A stretch of 62,663 nucleotides of DNA, counting the filler. It is 9 parts of 9 records of this genome, joined end to end, with 100 filler letters (N's around TTAATTAATTAA, not from the genome) between each part and the next. Parts side by side here need not be neighbours in the genome. Positions count along the whole stretch, not along the records: positions 21,094 to 32,263 come from SRR20825010_6378; 8 more parts are not named here. One strand, 5' to 3'. The stretch's first letter is position 1, and the number at the start of each line of letters is the position of its first letter. Under the pieces are notes generated by a model that was given only the letters and a program-made list of their open reading frames with translations, had not been told where the DNA came from and searched no databases. Made by a program: the position numbers and the translations under genes. This document shows positions 21,094 through 31,356 of this stretch, piece after piece.

Positions 21094-22520
21094 TGGTGAT
21101 GAACCGCTGCCCGAAGATCGAATTCTCCCGGCTTTATGGCGAGCTTTCCTGGCATGGCTTCAACAGCAAGGTGATTTCGTCAAAACGCCGCGCGGTTGGC
21201 AGAGCCGGGAACACGAAACAGGATACCGGAGAGGACAAACAGCCGAAGGGCGGTGCCGGGTTCGAGACCCGCGCCATTCATGCCGGTGCCGCACCGGACC
21301 CGACCACGGGCGCTCGCTCCACCCCTATCTACCAGACCACGGCCTATGTCTTCGAGGATGCGGATCACGCCGCCTCTCTGTTCAACTTGCAGACCTTCGG
21401 CAATATCTACGGGCGTCTGTCAAACCCGACGACGGCAGTGCTGGAAGAACGGATTGCCAGCCTGGAAGGCGGCCGGGGCACGACCTGTACCGCATCAGGC
21501 CATTCGGCCCAGATGCTCGCCTTGTTCCCGTTGATGCAACCGGGAGACCTAATCGCCGCCTCCACCCGACTTTATGGCGGCTCGATCACCCAGTTCGGCA
21601 AGACCTTCAAGAAATTCGGCTGGGACTGCGCGTTCGTCGACATGGACGATATGGACGCGGTACGGGCTGCTGCCGCCAACCCGGCCTGCAAGGCGCTCTT
21701 CGCGGAATCCCTCGCCAACCCGGGCGGTGTCATCAGCGACATCGCGGCGCTTGCCGCAATCGCACATGATGCGGGCGTGCCGCTGATCATCGACAATACG
21801 ATGGCAACACCCTATCTCTGCCGTCCGTTCGAGCATGGCGCCGATCTTATCGTACATTCGACCACCAAATTTCTCTCCGGCCACGGCAATGCCATGGGAG
21901 GAGCGGTTGTCGATTCCGGAAAATTCGACTGGGGGCAGAACGACAAATTCCCCTCTCTCGTCGAGCCGGAGCCCGCCTATCATGGCATCCCCTTCTGGGA
22001 GAGCTTCGGCGACCTGGCCTTCACCACCTACGGCCATGCCGTGGGGCTGCGCGATCTCGGGCCGACCATGGCGCCGATGAATGCCTATCTCACCATCACC
22101 GGTATCGAGACCCTGCCGCTACGGATGGAGCGACACGTTGCCAACGCGGCCAAGGTCGCGGCCTATCTGGAGCAGCATCCTGCCGTGTCCTGGGTTTCCT
22201 ACGCGGGCCTCAAGAGCAGCCCCTACCATGCCCTCGCAAAAAAATACCTGCCCGGCGGTGCCGGCTCCGTCTTCACGTTCGGCGTGAAAGGCGGCTACGA
22301 GACCGGTACGCGCATCGTCGAGCGAGTCGAGCTGCTCAGCCATCTTGCCAATATCGGCGACACCCGCTCCCTGATCCTGCACCCGGCCTCAACGACACAC
22401 AGGCAGTTGACGGAAGAACAGCGCATGGCTGCCGGTGCCGGAGACGACGTCATGCGCATTTCCATCGGCCTGGAAACCGCCGACGACATTATCGCCGATC
22501 TGGATCAAGCGCTCCAATAG
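21094..22520 (+). CDS. metY: O-acetylhomoserine sulfhydrylase (MetY/Met17 family) fused in frame to the C-terminus of a CoA-binding domain, 5'-truncated
   Basis: VMNRCPKIE (YccU-like), then [29 protein letters not shown] (PLP Lys) and HLANIGD. Confidence 0.85.
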
Positions 22521-22591
22521 AGTTAACAATACCATTGTATTCAGGCGTGGTGATCGAACCACGTTCAATTGTTATTCGGGAGTCGCTTGCT

Positions 22592-23113
22592 ATGAGCGAT
22601 GATCAATCGAGCCTGCATTCTGTTTCTCTTCAGGAACCCCGAACACTGGAACCTGTTACGCAGGCGGCTGATTTGCACCATCCCGAACTGCGCGCGCTTT
22701 ACGAGTTCTGGCACATGAAAGCCCAAGGTCATCTCGCACCCGCGAGAAAAAATATTGACGTTCTGGAGCTCAAAAGGTGGCTTCCAAATATACAACTTGT
22801 TGATGTCATTGGAAATTGCATCGACATTCGGTACCGCGTTATCGGCACCTGGATCGTTGAGCGATTCGGTGCGGACGACACGGGAAAAACAATCATGGAA
22901 ATCGGTGAGACCGATCACTCCAGAGAAGTCCGAAAAGAGTTTTTGACGCCGGCAAAAACCATGAAACCCCATAGAATTATCAGGCCTTTTTACGACATCA
23001 ACGGAGCCAAGGAATTCTCTTCCGCCGAAAGGCTCATGTTGCCTCTGAGTGCGAATGGCCATACTTGTGACAAGGTAATTTCGGGACTGTATTATCTCGA
23101 CGCAAAGACCTGA
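22592..23113 (+). CDS. Stand-alone PAS_5-like protein
   Basis: LRALYEFW...PARKNID..ELKRWLPNI.LVD...RYRVIGT...ERLMLPLS. Confidence 0.75.
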   Translation: MSDDQSSLHSVSLQEPRTLEPVTQAADLHHPELRALYEFWHMKAQGHLAPARKNIDVLELKRWLPNIQLVDVIGNCIDIRYRVIGTWIVERFGADDTGKTIMEIGETDHSREVRKEFLTPAKTMKPHRIIRPFYDINGAKEFSSAERLMLPLSANGHTCDKVISGLYYLDAKT

Positions 23114-23365
23114 TAGGCACGCTTCCTCCGTATTCCGCGCATTAATATTTTCACCCCCTCTCGCCAGGACCATCCCGATTACGCATGGCAGCCATGAAAT
23201 CGGATATTTCGCACATGCGAAGGTTGACCAGTCACGGAATCTGACCAATATGCGCCGCCATCGCTGGGGGAGATCTCCAAGAGAACTTCCACGTAAACAG
23301 CGAGCGGGCAGCAACGCACAAGAAAATGCGACGGCTCTCGTATCGGCAGCGTTGATGAACACGCT

Positions 23366-23926
23366 TTGCTGGCCCCAATTAAGCGTGCTTCGTCAGAGGA
23401 TGAACGAGTGTTTCACGATCAATGCAACAGTGTTGCAGACCTGTCGTCATCAGAAAGGGTCTGCTCTCGGGTAAACTGTGCGGATGACCTGATCACCCCC
23501 GAACTTCGATCTCTCTACCAGCTCTGGCAGGAAAGACGCGGCAACCGGATCGCTCCGGCGCGAGCCGACTTTGACGTACCCGAGCTCGTCCCCTGGCTCC
23601 CGCACATCATGCTTTCCGACTATCTCGATGACGGCGCCGACGCCCGGTTCCGCGTGATCGGCACCTGGATCGTGGACCAGTATGGCAAGGACAATTCCGG
23701 GAAGACCGCGTCCGCAGTGGATTTTCACGGCCGCAGCCAGCAGATTTTATCCGAGTATAAGCACGTCGCCGAAACGATGATGCCTCACCAGATCTGTGGC
23801 CCCTTTTTCAAACACACGGGGACACAGGATTTCCGCGAGGCCGAGCGGTTGCTCCTTCCGCTCAGTAAGGACGGCAGGACCTGTGACAAACTCCTGACTG
23901 CCGTCTATTTTCTCAGCAGCTATTAA
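23366..23926 (+). CDS. Stand-alone PAS_5-like protein (paralog), start uncertain
   Basis: LRSLYQLW...PARADFD..ELVPWLPHI...RFRVIGT...ERLLLPLS. Confidence 0.75.
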   Translation: MLAPIKRASSEDERVFHDQCNSVADLSSSERVCSRVNCADDLITPELRSLYQLWQERRGNRIAPARADFDVPELVPWLPHIMLSDYLDDGADARFRVIGTWIVDQYGKDNSGKTASAVDFHGRSQQILSEYKHVAETMMPHQICGPFFKHTGTQDFREAERLLLPLSKDGRTCDKLLTAVYFLSSY

Positions 23927-24486
23927 AGCACGCAGCCATCGAATGGCCGCCAAGCAGGCCTTCTCTCGTCTGCATGAAACCAGTTACCGCCGCCATTGCC
24001 CGGCTGGTCGAAAATACGTGAAACCGGGCACCGGCTCAGATACGCAAGCAACAAAGCCCCGACCGCCCCGTGCGAAACAATCAACGGCACACCATCTGGC
24101 CCGGCTTTCCGGATATCCTCAAAGCATCTGACGATCCTCTGCTGCTCAGCGGCAGCAGTCGCCCATCCCCGGACAGACTGCTCCGGTTCAGCGAAGAACT
24201 GGTCCACAGCGCGGTCAAACTCATCAAACGGCAGGTAACCGGTCGCAGACCGGTCGTTCTCCCCGAGATCTTCCCGGACAATGGGAACCAGCCCGACCGC
24301 ACCGGCGACGATTGCCGCAGTCTCGATGGCTTTGCGTTCATCGCTTGACCAGATAAACGTGATCTTCCCGAGCCATGGCTGAGTAAGACCCGCCCGGATA
24401 CGCGCCCGCCCGCGCTCGGACAGCCCCCATTCCGTGATCGGAACAGCAGGATCAATCACCACGTCTGAGTGGGTCAGGAAGTACAG
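23923..24486 (-). CDS. Histidine phosphatase family protein
   Basis: LYFLTHSDVVIDP...WGLS..G, SS.ERKA.ETA, ENDRSATG, VSHGAVG. The conserved N-terminus lies upstream of the called GTG at 24462. Confidence 0.75.
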   Translation of the reverse strand: MYFLTHSDVVIDPAVPITEWGLSERGRARIRAGLTQPWLGKITFIWSSDERKAIETAAIVAGAVGLVPIVREDLGENDRSATGYLPFDEFDRAVDQFFAEPEQSVRGWATAAAEQQRIVRCFEDIRKAGPDGVPLIVSHGAVGALLLAYLSRCPVSRIFDQPGNGGGNWFHADERRPAWRPFDGCVL

Positions 24487-24491
24487 TGGTC

Positions 24492-25514
24492 TTACTCCGC
24501 CGCCGCCTCGTGGCTGACGCGCAGACTGTTCAACCGGTTCAGAGCCTCATCCATCTCGTCAACCATCCGGTCGATGATATCGCCCAGAGGCTCTATCCGG
24601 TCCGCGAAGACCGCTGATTGCCCCATGGAGAGCAACCCCTTCTCCGGATCGCCCTCCTCATAGGCTTCCCGCTGAAGGGTGCCGCGTACATGCTCGCGAT
24701 AGCTCTCGTAATCATTGGCACCGGAGGCTTCGAGTTCCGCGACCGTACGGGCTGTCTGATTATCCATCACACGGTAGGTGTTGCGCATGGAGGCCAGAAC
24801 CAGACGGGAGCCGGTTTCATCCGCCTCGATCACCCGCTTCTTGACGGCATCATGGCTCCAGATCTCGGACGCGACCAGCAGCCGGGTGCCAAGGATCACG
24901 CCTTCCGCCCCGAAAGACAGCGCACCGGCAACCTGCCTGCCATGGCCGATACCGCCGCCGATCACGACGGGAATATCGACACGGAGCGCGGCCAGCACGC
25001 CCTGCACCATGTTCCCGATCATGTTCAGCCCCGGATGGCCGCCACATTCCATACCGACGACAGAAACCGCATCGATATCGAGCTTTGTTGCGGCAGAGAC
25101 CGCATGCCGGACCGAGGCGACCTTATGGATCACGACCGCGCCGGCATCCTTCAGTTGCTTCACCAGCTCAGCCGGCGGCATGGCCGCAGTCTCGAACCGC
25201 TTGACACCGGCCTGCAGGGCGAGATCGGCATGCCCCGCAAGTATCTCGTTCTCTTCCGGGCGCTGGGAGATGTAGAGATTGACGCCGATGGGGTTTCCGT
25301 TCGAAAGCGCGTTCGCCTTCTCCAGCTCCTCCTTCCAGCGGCCCGGATCGGGAAAGGTTTTCGCCGTCATGAAACCGATAGAGCCGGCATTGGCTGCGGC
25401 GGCCACATAATTGGCATCGGCGAGCCACATCAGGCCGCCGCAGAGGATCGGATGACGGATGCCGAAGAGATCGGTGATCCGGGTACGGACGCTTTGCGGC
25501 CTCATCGCGCTCAA
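24492..25514 (-). CDS. Nitronate monooxygenase/FabK-like flavin oxidoreductase
   Basis: HPILCGG, GMECGGHPG, GGGIGHG, GVILGTR. Confidence 0.85.
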   Translation of the reverse strand: MSAMRPQSVRTRITDLFGIRHPILCGGLMWLADANYVAAAANAGSIGFMTAKTFPDPGRWKEELEKANALSNGNPIGVNLYISQRPEENEILAGHADLALQAGVKRFETAAMPPAELVKQLKDAGAVVIHKVASVRHAVSAATKLDIDAVSVVGMECGGHPGLNMIGNMVQGVLAALRVDIPVVIGGGIGHGRQVAGALSFGAEGVILGTRLLVASEIWSHDAVKKRVIEADETGSRLVLASMRNTYRVMDNQTARTVAELEASGANDYESYREHVRGTLQREAYEEGDPEKGLLSMGQSAVFADRIEPLGDIIDRMVDEMDEALNRLNSLRVSHEAAAE

Positions 25515-27637
25515 TCCTTCCTGCTTGCCGAGGGAACGATCAGCGCGTCGACGGCAACCGCGCCCTGACCTTCCGGAAGCACGATAAACGGATTGATATC
25601 GATGCTGTCCAGCTTGTCCGCATTCGCGGCGGCAAAGACGGAGAGTTTCGACAATGCTTCAGCGAGAGCGCCTATATCTGCGGGCGGAGCGCCACGCACG
25701 CCTTCCAGCACCTTGTACCCCTTGATCTCGCGGATCATTCGGTACGCCTCCTCGACCGAGAACGGTGCCAGCCGGAAGCTGACATCCTTCAGCACCTCGA
25801 CAAGAATCCCGCCGAGCCCGAACATGACCGCCGGGCCGAGCACCGGATCGAGTTGTACGCCGACAACCGTCTCCACCCCGCCAGAGACCATCTCGCAGAC
25901 AATCACGCCGTCAATCGCAGCATCGGGGCGCTTTTCCGCTGCCCGTGCCATCAGGGTGTCAAAACCGTCCCGCACGGAATCCGCGCCCTCAAGCCCGACC
26001 AGCACGCCGCCGATCTCTGTCTTGTGGGCAATATCCGGCGAGGCGATCTTCAGCACGACCTTCCCCCCCAACGTCGCCGCTTCCTTGGCCGCAGCATCCG
26101 CTGATGTCACCAGCACCTCCCGCACCACGGGAATCCCGGCGGAAGCGAGGATACGTTTCGCCTCATGCTCCGCCGTCGGATGATCCGGCACGGATTCCGC
26201 ACCAGAAGGAAGCTCGGGCAATGCAGAGTTTTTCGCCGCGAAAGCCCGGCCGAAATACATCAGACCGTTCGCCGCCGTGATCGCCGGAACCGGATCGTCG
26301 AACATCGGATACCCGTTGCTCTCATAGAACCGGCTGTTTTCCGCGCTCGCCAGGATCGAGAAGAACAGATGCTTGTCCGGACGGCTCTCCCGGAGAGGCT
26401 TCAGGGTATCGATAATATCCTGGGCGATCTCGGGACGGGCAGCGACAGCGGTGAAGAACGAAATGACGACGTCATAATCGCCCTCTTCCATCATGATCTT
26501 CAGGCAGGCAGCGATTGCGTCACGCTGATTGAAGACCTGCCCCGTCACGTCCACGGGGTTACGCGGCGCGGCGAAAGGCAGAAGCTCCAGCATTTTCTTC
26601 TGGCCAGCCTCGGAGAATTCAGAGACGTCGAGACCAAGCGCCGACGCGCTGTCCGCCATCTGCACGCCGAGGCCGCCGGAGATGGTGATGAAGCCGATCT
26701 TATTGCCGTCCGGGAAGTGCCCCTGCTGGCAGCCATAGGCGACCTCGAGCATCTCGTTCGCATCATCCGCGCGATAGACGCCATATTGCTTGAACATACC
26801 GTCGATCACGGCATCGGTTCCGGCCAATGCCGCCGTATGCGAGGCCGCCGCCGCCGCACCGATATCGCTGCGCCCGACCTTGACCATGACAATCGGCTTG
26901 CGCAGATCGCGCGCTTTCTCGAAAGCGGCCCGGAGGCCTTCCCCGTCGCGAATGCCCTCGGCATAGGACATCACCACCTTCACCTCGGGATCGTCGAGCA
27001 GGTAGGAGATGCATTCCGACAACTCGATATCGCTTTCGTTGCCAGTGGTGATCCAGCGTCCGACCTTGAGGCCGCGCTTGCGGGCAAGATTGTAGATATG
27101 GCCGCCATACGCGCCGCTCTGGCTGGCAATGGCGATAGGACCCGGCTCCGGCGGGTCTACCTGCGGAGAGGAGGAGAAGGTGCCGGTCCAGCCGCTCGAT
27201 GCATTGAAGGCGCCAAGGCAGTTAGGGCCAAGCACACGGATGCCGGTGCGCCTGGAAATTTCCGTCAGGCGCGCCTGCATGGCCTCACCTTCCGCGCCAA
27301 GCTCGGAAAAACCGGAGCTGAACACGATGCACGCGCCCACGCCCTTCGCGGCGCAGGCCTCAATCGTCTCCGCCACCATCGGCGCCGGCAAGGCAACAAT
27401 GGCCGCATCGACGGCTTCAGGCACGTCATTGATTGTCGGATAGGCCTTCAAACCCTGCACGGTGTCGCGCTTCGGGTTCACCGGATAAATGGCGCCTTTG
27501 TAGCCATAGCGGACCGAGTAATCGATCGGCCGGCCGCCGATCCGCATCGGATCGTCCGACGCACCGATGACGGCAATGGATTTCGGCGCGACGAGCCGCG
27601 CCAGATTACGTTTCCGGATATCGCTCAGATCGTTCAT
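25511..27637 (-). CDS. ADP-forming acyl-CoA synthetase (acetate-CoA ligase family)
   Basis: PKSIAVIGAS, GPNCLG, SQSG, ASHTAALAG (phospho-His), NPVD, HKTEIGGV ATP-grasp. Confidence 0.92.
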   Translation of the reverse strand: MNDLSDIRKRNLARLVAPKSIAVIGASDDPMRIGGRPIDYSVRYGYKGAIYPVNPKRDTVQGLKAYPTINDVPEAVDAAIVALPAPMVAETIEACAAKGVGACIVFSSGFSELGAEGEAMQARLTEISRRTGIRVLGPNCLGAFNASSGWTGTFSSSPQVDPPEPGPIAIASQSGAYGGHIYNLARKRGLKVGRWITTGNESDIELSECISYLLDDPEVKVVMSYAEGIRDGEGLRAAFEKARDLRKPIVMVKVGRSDIGAAAAASHTAALAGTDAVIDGMFKQYGVYRADDANEMLEVAYGCQQGHFPDGNKIGFITISGGLGVQMADSASALGLDVSEFSEAGQKKMLELLPFAAPRNPVDVTGQVFNQRDAIAACLKIMMEEGDYDVVISFFTAVAARPEIAQDIIDTLKPLRESRPDKHLFFSILASAENSRFYESNGYPMFDDPVPAITAANGLMYFGRAFAAKNSALPELPSGAESVPDHPTAEHEAKRILASAGIPVVREVLVTSADAAAKEAATLGGKVVLKIASPDIAHKTEIGGVLVGLEGADSVRDGFDTLMARAAEKRPDAAIDGVIVCEMVSGGVETVVGVQLDPVLGPAVMFGLGGILVEVLKDVSFRLAPFSVEEAYRMIREIKGYKVLEGVRGAPPADIGALAEALSKLSVFAAANADKLDSIDINPFIVLPEGQGAVAVDALIVPSASRKD

Positions 27638-28356
27638 AGCGGTGCCACTCCGACGGTCAGGCCGCCACAGACATAGAGCACCTGACCGGTGCAGAACCCG
27701 GCATCCTCGCCGGCAAAGAAGGCAACGGCGGACGCGACGTCCTCCGGCTGGCCGATCCGGCCGACGGGAATCGCCGCCTCGATGGCGTTGCGGCTGTCCG
27801 AGCCAACGGGATTACCGTCCTCGAACATCTCCGTGGCGATGGGGCCCGGCGCGACACAGTTCACGGTGATCCCGTCCGGCCCGGCCTCAATGGCCCAGGT
27901 CCGGGTTGCGGCGGCAATACCGCCCTTCGTCACAGCATAGGCGCTGCGCCCATGTTTGCCGAGCGCTGCCCGTGAGCCGATATTGATCACCCGGCCGAAG
28001 CCGCGCTGCCGCATGCCCGGCAGAACCGCCTGCATGCACTGGTACGGCGCCCGGACATTGACCGACATCAGCTGCTGCAGAATTTCCGGTGTCACCTCTT
28101 CGACAGTACCCAGCGGTGCGATGCCGGCATTGTTCACCAGGACATCGATGTCGAACTCATCGGTGATCGCGGACAGTGTCTCGCGCGTCGCATCCGCGTC
28201 GCTCAGATCCGCCGTTCTGAATGTCCCGTCGAAGCTGCCCGTCGGGGCCGTTCGCGCCAGACCGACAACGTTATATCCACGATCTGCAAGATACGCGGCG
28301 ACGGAGCGTCCGATGCCGCGGCTTGCGCCTGTAACCAAAACGGTTCTAGCGCCCAT
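27634..28356 (-). CDS. Short-chain dehydrogenase/reductase
   Basis: TGASRGIG, NNAG, YAVTK, VAPGPIAT. Confidence 0.93.
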   Translation of the reverse strand: MGARTVLVTGASRGIGRSVAAYLADRGYNVVGLARTAPTGSFDGTFRTADLSDADATRETLSAITDEFDIDVLVNNAGIAPLGTVEEVTPEILQQLMSVNVRAPYQCMQAVLPGMRQRGFGRVINIGSRAALGKHGRSAYAVTKGGIAAATRTWAIEAGPDGITVNCVAPGPIATEMFEDGNPVGSDSRNAIEAAIPVGRIGQPEDVASAVAFFAGEDAGFCTGQVLYVCGGLTVGVAPL

Positions 28357-28559
28357 TTTCTTCCCTTCCCCCGATCCGGCTGATTTCGGTCTCATGCCGA
28401 ATTGTCACCGATCTTTTCGCGGCAACCCGTTCGGATTCCGCGAGAATGTTTTTCAAGACAATGCCAGTCTCGCACCTTGTTGGCGGCACATAAGACCGCC
28501 TAGAGTTACGAAAACGAAATTGAATTTCGCAATAGCGATTAACAGGAGGAAACAGGTCC

Positions 28560-29621
28560 ATGCAAATGCGTAGTTGGAAAGTCACCGATTTCGGGAAGCC
28601 GCTGGAAATGATCCAGCATGAAACTCCGGAACCGACGGGTACCGAAGTCCTGGTGAAAGTGACGCGGTGCGGCGTTTGCCACTCGGACCTGCATATCGGT
28701 GACGGGTATTTCGATCTCGGCTCGGCCGGGCGCCTCAACATGGGCGATCGTGGTGTGCCCCTGCCCCACGTTCTGGGGCACGAAATCCTCGGCGAGGTGG
28801 TCAAGGGCGGCCCGGATGCTGGCCCCGTCCCGACCGGCGAGACCAAGCTGATCCACCCATGGATCGGCTGTGGCGAATGCTCTATCTGCAAATCCGGACA
28901 AGAGAACCACTGCGCCAAGCCGCGTACGCTCGGCGTTTATCGCGACGGCGGCTATCAGGAATATGTCCTGGTTCCGCACGCCATGTTCCTGGTCGATATC
29001 GGCGATGTCGATCCGTCTGAGGCAACGCCGTTTGCCTGCTCCGGCGTCACGGTTTACAGCGCGCTCCGCAAGGCACAGCCCGTGCTCGACGACGAGTGGC
29101 TGGTGATCATGGGCGCAGGCGGGCTTGGCCTTGCCGCTGTCGGCATCGCCCGCGCCATGGGATTCAAGCAGATCCTGTCCTGTGACATCGATGACACGAA
29201 ACTGGCCGCTGCGAAGGATATGGGCGCGACGGCAACCCTGAATATTTCCGGGGATGATGCGGCCAAGGCTCTGGCTGCGGCCACTGGTGGCGGGCCGCGC
29301 GCCGTTGTCGATACGGTCGGGGCCAATCCGACCGCCAAGCTCGGCTACGGATCGCTCGTCAAGGGCGGCCGTTATGTCATTGTCGGCCTTTATGGCGGCG
29401 ATTTCACCATCCCTCTCCCCACCCTTCCGCTTCGTGCCGCCGCGGTCATCGGCTCCTATGTCGGCAGCCTGAAAGAGCTGAAGGAGCTTATGGAGCTGGT
29501 AAAGGCAGGCAAGGTAAAGCAGGTGCCGATCGAGAACCGCCCGATGGACCAGGTTCAGCGAAGCCTCGATGAGCTTCGCGCTGGCAAGATCGTCGGCCGC
29601 GTGGTTCTAACAAACGATTAA
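28560..29621 (+). CDS. Zinc-dependent alcohol dehydrogenase
   Basis: CHSD, GHE, CGECSIC...C, GAGGLG. AGGAGG RBS. Confidence 0.93.
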   Translation: MQMRSWKVTDFGKPLEMIQHETPEPTGTEVLVKVTRCGVCHSDLHIGDGYFDLGSAGRLNMGDRGVPLPHVLGHEILGEVVKGGPDAGPVPTGETKLIHPWIGCGECSICKSGQENHCAKPRTLGVYRDGGYQEYVLVPHAMFLVDIGDVDPSEATPFACSGVTVYSALRKAQPVLDDEWLVIMGAGGLGLAAVGIARAMGFKQILSCDIDDTKLAAAKDMGATATLNISGDDAAKALAAATGGGPRAVVDTVGANPTAKLGYGSLVKGGRYVIVGLYGGDFTIPLPTLPLRAAAVIGSYVGSLKELKELMELVKAGKVKQVPIENRPMDQVQRSLDELRAGKIVGRVVLTND

Positions 29622-29626
29622 ATCAT

Positions 29627-29657
29627 GGCGCCGGGCAGCTCAGAGTTGCTCGGCGCC
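29627..29657 (+). terminator. Hairpin terminator after the ADH gene
   Basis: GGCGCCGGGCAGC-tcaga-GTTGCTCGGCGCC followed by a T-rich tail. Confidence 0.65.
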
Positions 29658-29740
29658 TATTTATTCAAGAATTTACTTGTTATTATATGTTCGTCTCGGC
29701 TGTAATCGCGCCAGTATCATCAGCCAGACGGAAATCTTCC

Positions 29741-30622
29741 ATGCGCGTGCTCTTGCTCGGCGGCACCGGTTCCATCGGTTCAGCCATCCTCGAAGATCTA
29801 ATTGCAAACGGCCATAGCGTTACCGCTCTCGCCCGCTCCGAAAAAGCCGCAACTATATTGGCCGAAAACGGTGCCATTCCCTTGTCAGGCGACCTTACCC
29901 AGCCAGAAGAGTGGGCCCCTGCCGTATCCGCTTTTGATGCTGTCATTCAGGCAGCTGCATCGTTCGACACCGATATGGGGGCGATCGACAAAGAGGTTCT
30001 CAAAGCGATTGCAGAAAATATTACCGGTCGCAAAGATCCGCTCCGCGTCATCTATACCGGCGGATGCTGGCTTTATGGTGAAACCGGCGCGCGGACCGCG
30101 GACGAGATGACACCTTTTGACCCGCTACCGAGCTTCGCCTGGATGGTTGAAAACTGGCAGTGGCTCTGTAAGGCGGACGGCATCGCTCCGATCCTGATCC
30201 ATCCTGCCATGGTCTATGATCAACATGGCGGCGTCCTCAGCCGCTATATCGAAGCGGCATGGAATGGGCAGCCCATCGAAATCTGGGGAACACCGGATGC
30301 CACCTGGCCGCTGGTACATAGAACCGACCTTGCCTCGGCATACCGCCTTGCCATGGAGTTGGCGCCGGCCGGTCAAAGCTATTGCGTCGCCGCCGAGACT
30401 GGCATTTCGACCGGATCTCTTGCCGACGCGATCGCAACGCGCTCAAACTCTTCAATCCCGCACAAGATCCTGCCTCTGGACGAGGCTATCGCGCGCCATG
30501 GAGATTGGGCAGCCGGCCCCGCGCTCAAGCAACGCATGAGCGGCGCAAAAATCCGTCACGAGCTTAGCTGGAAGACTCGTTTCGAAGATGCCGTCGCAAT
30601 GCTGCGTGGTGAAACGGTTTGA
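29741..30622 (+). CDS. NAD-dependent epimerase/dehydratase family (atypical SDR)
   Basis: LLGGTGSIG, YTGGCWLYG, VHRTDLASAY. Confidence 0.85.
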   Translation: MRVLLLGGTGSIGSAILEDLIANGHSVTALARSEKAATILAENGAIPLSGDLTQPEEWAPAVSAFDAVIQAAASFDTDMGAIDKEVLKAIAENITGRKDPLRVIYTGGCWLYGETGARTADEMTPFDPLPSFAWMVENWQWLCKADGIAPILIHPAMVYDQHGGVLSRYIEAAWNGQPIEIWGTPDATWPLVHRTDLASAYRLAMELAPAGQSYCVAAETGISTGSLADAIATRSNSSIPHKILPLDEAIARHGDWAAGPALKQRMSGAKIRHELSWKTRFEDAVAMLRGETV

Positions 30623-30702
30623 CGTAAGAGACACTCACCAACGGCACAATTTATGCATGGCTTTAGCGTCCGATTTTACACGTCACATTCGGGAGCCAAG
30701 CA

Positions 30703-31269
30703 ATGAGTGAAAATCCCTTTTCAATTCCCCTCGACCAAGCCACCCCTATCGATCTTTCAAAAGCCAAACTCGTCAAACTTGATGGTGAGGCTGCAGATAA
30801 ATGGGCGGAGATTTTCAGACAAAATCTGGAAAAAATTAAAGGCCAATCCGCCGAGGAACGAGAGGCCCAGATCGCCCGTCAGAGGGCGCAAGAGGTGGAA
30901 ACGGTCTATCGGGTGAACGGCAAGGTCGTTGCTATGGAAGTCCATGGGGCCGGCAGCACCTTTGCCTCAAACGCTGACGGGCAGTTTTCCATGCAGGCTT
31001 ACTATCAAGGGCAGAGCTACGGGCTGTCCGGAGATCAGCTTGAGGAATTTGTCTCTCGCGCGGTTCTGGATGCCATGAAGAGCAAATATGGCGGGGCTCT
31101 CTCGGTCACAAAATACGAGACGGGCAGCGGTGGCCCCAACGCGGGTCAAATCGAGGACGAAATGTTCGGCCGCACGGCAACGGCTCAACCCACTGCATTA
31201 CCGGACAAGCTGAACCCCGGCGGCCTCGCCCGGTTCTATTCCTCCAGCTTCGTCCAGTTCGCCGGTTAG
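30703..31269 (+). CDS. Hypothetical protein
   Basis: 188-aa ORF with a GGGAG RBS and no motif I recognise. Confidence 0.6.
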   Translation: MSENPFSIPLDQATPIDLSKAKLVKLDGEAADKWAEIFRQNLEKIKGQSAEEREAQIARQRAQEVETVYRVNGKVVAMEVHGAGSTFASNADGQFSMQAYYQGQSYGLSGDQLEEFVSRAVLDAMKSKYGGALSVTKYETGSGGPNAGQIEDEMFGRTATAQPTALPDKLNPGGLARFYSSSFVQFAG

Positions 31270-31356
31270 AAGAGCGGAAAGACAGAGTTTTCAATGACTA
31301 ACCTCAAGCATTGTCTGGGTATGCTTGAGGGCACCACGCCGCCTCCCGATTTCAAT

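Noticed and set aside
26165-27676. Long antisense ORFs (also 642-1595, 24618-25568, 47089-48147, 48584-49969, 57809-58954)
   Set aside because: These are shadow frames of well-supported genes in GC-rich DNA, with no motifs of their own.
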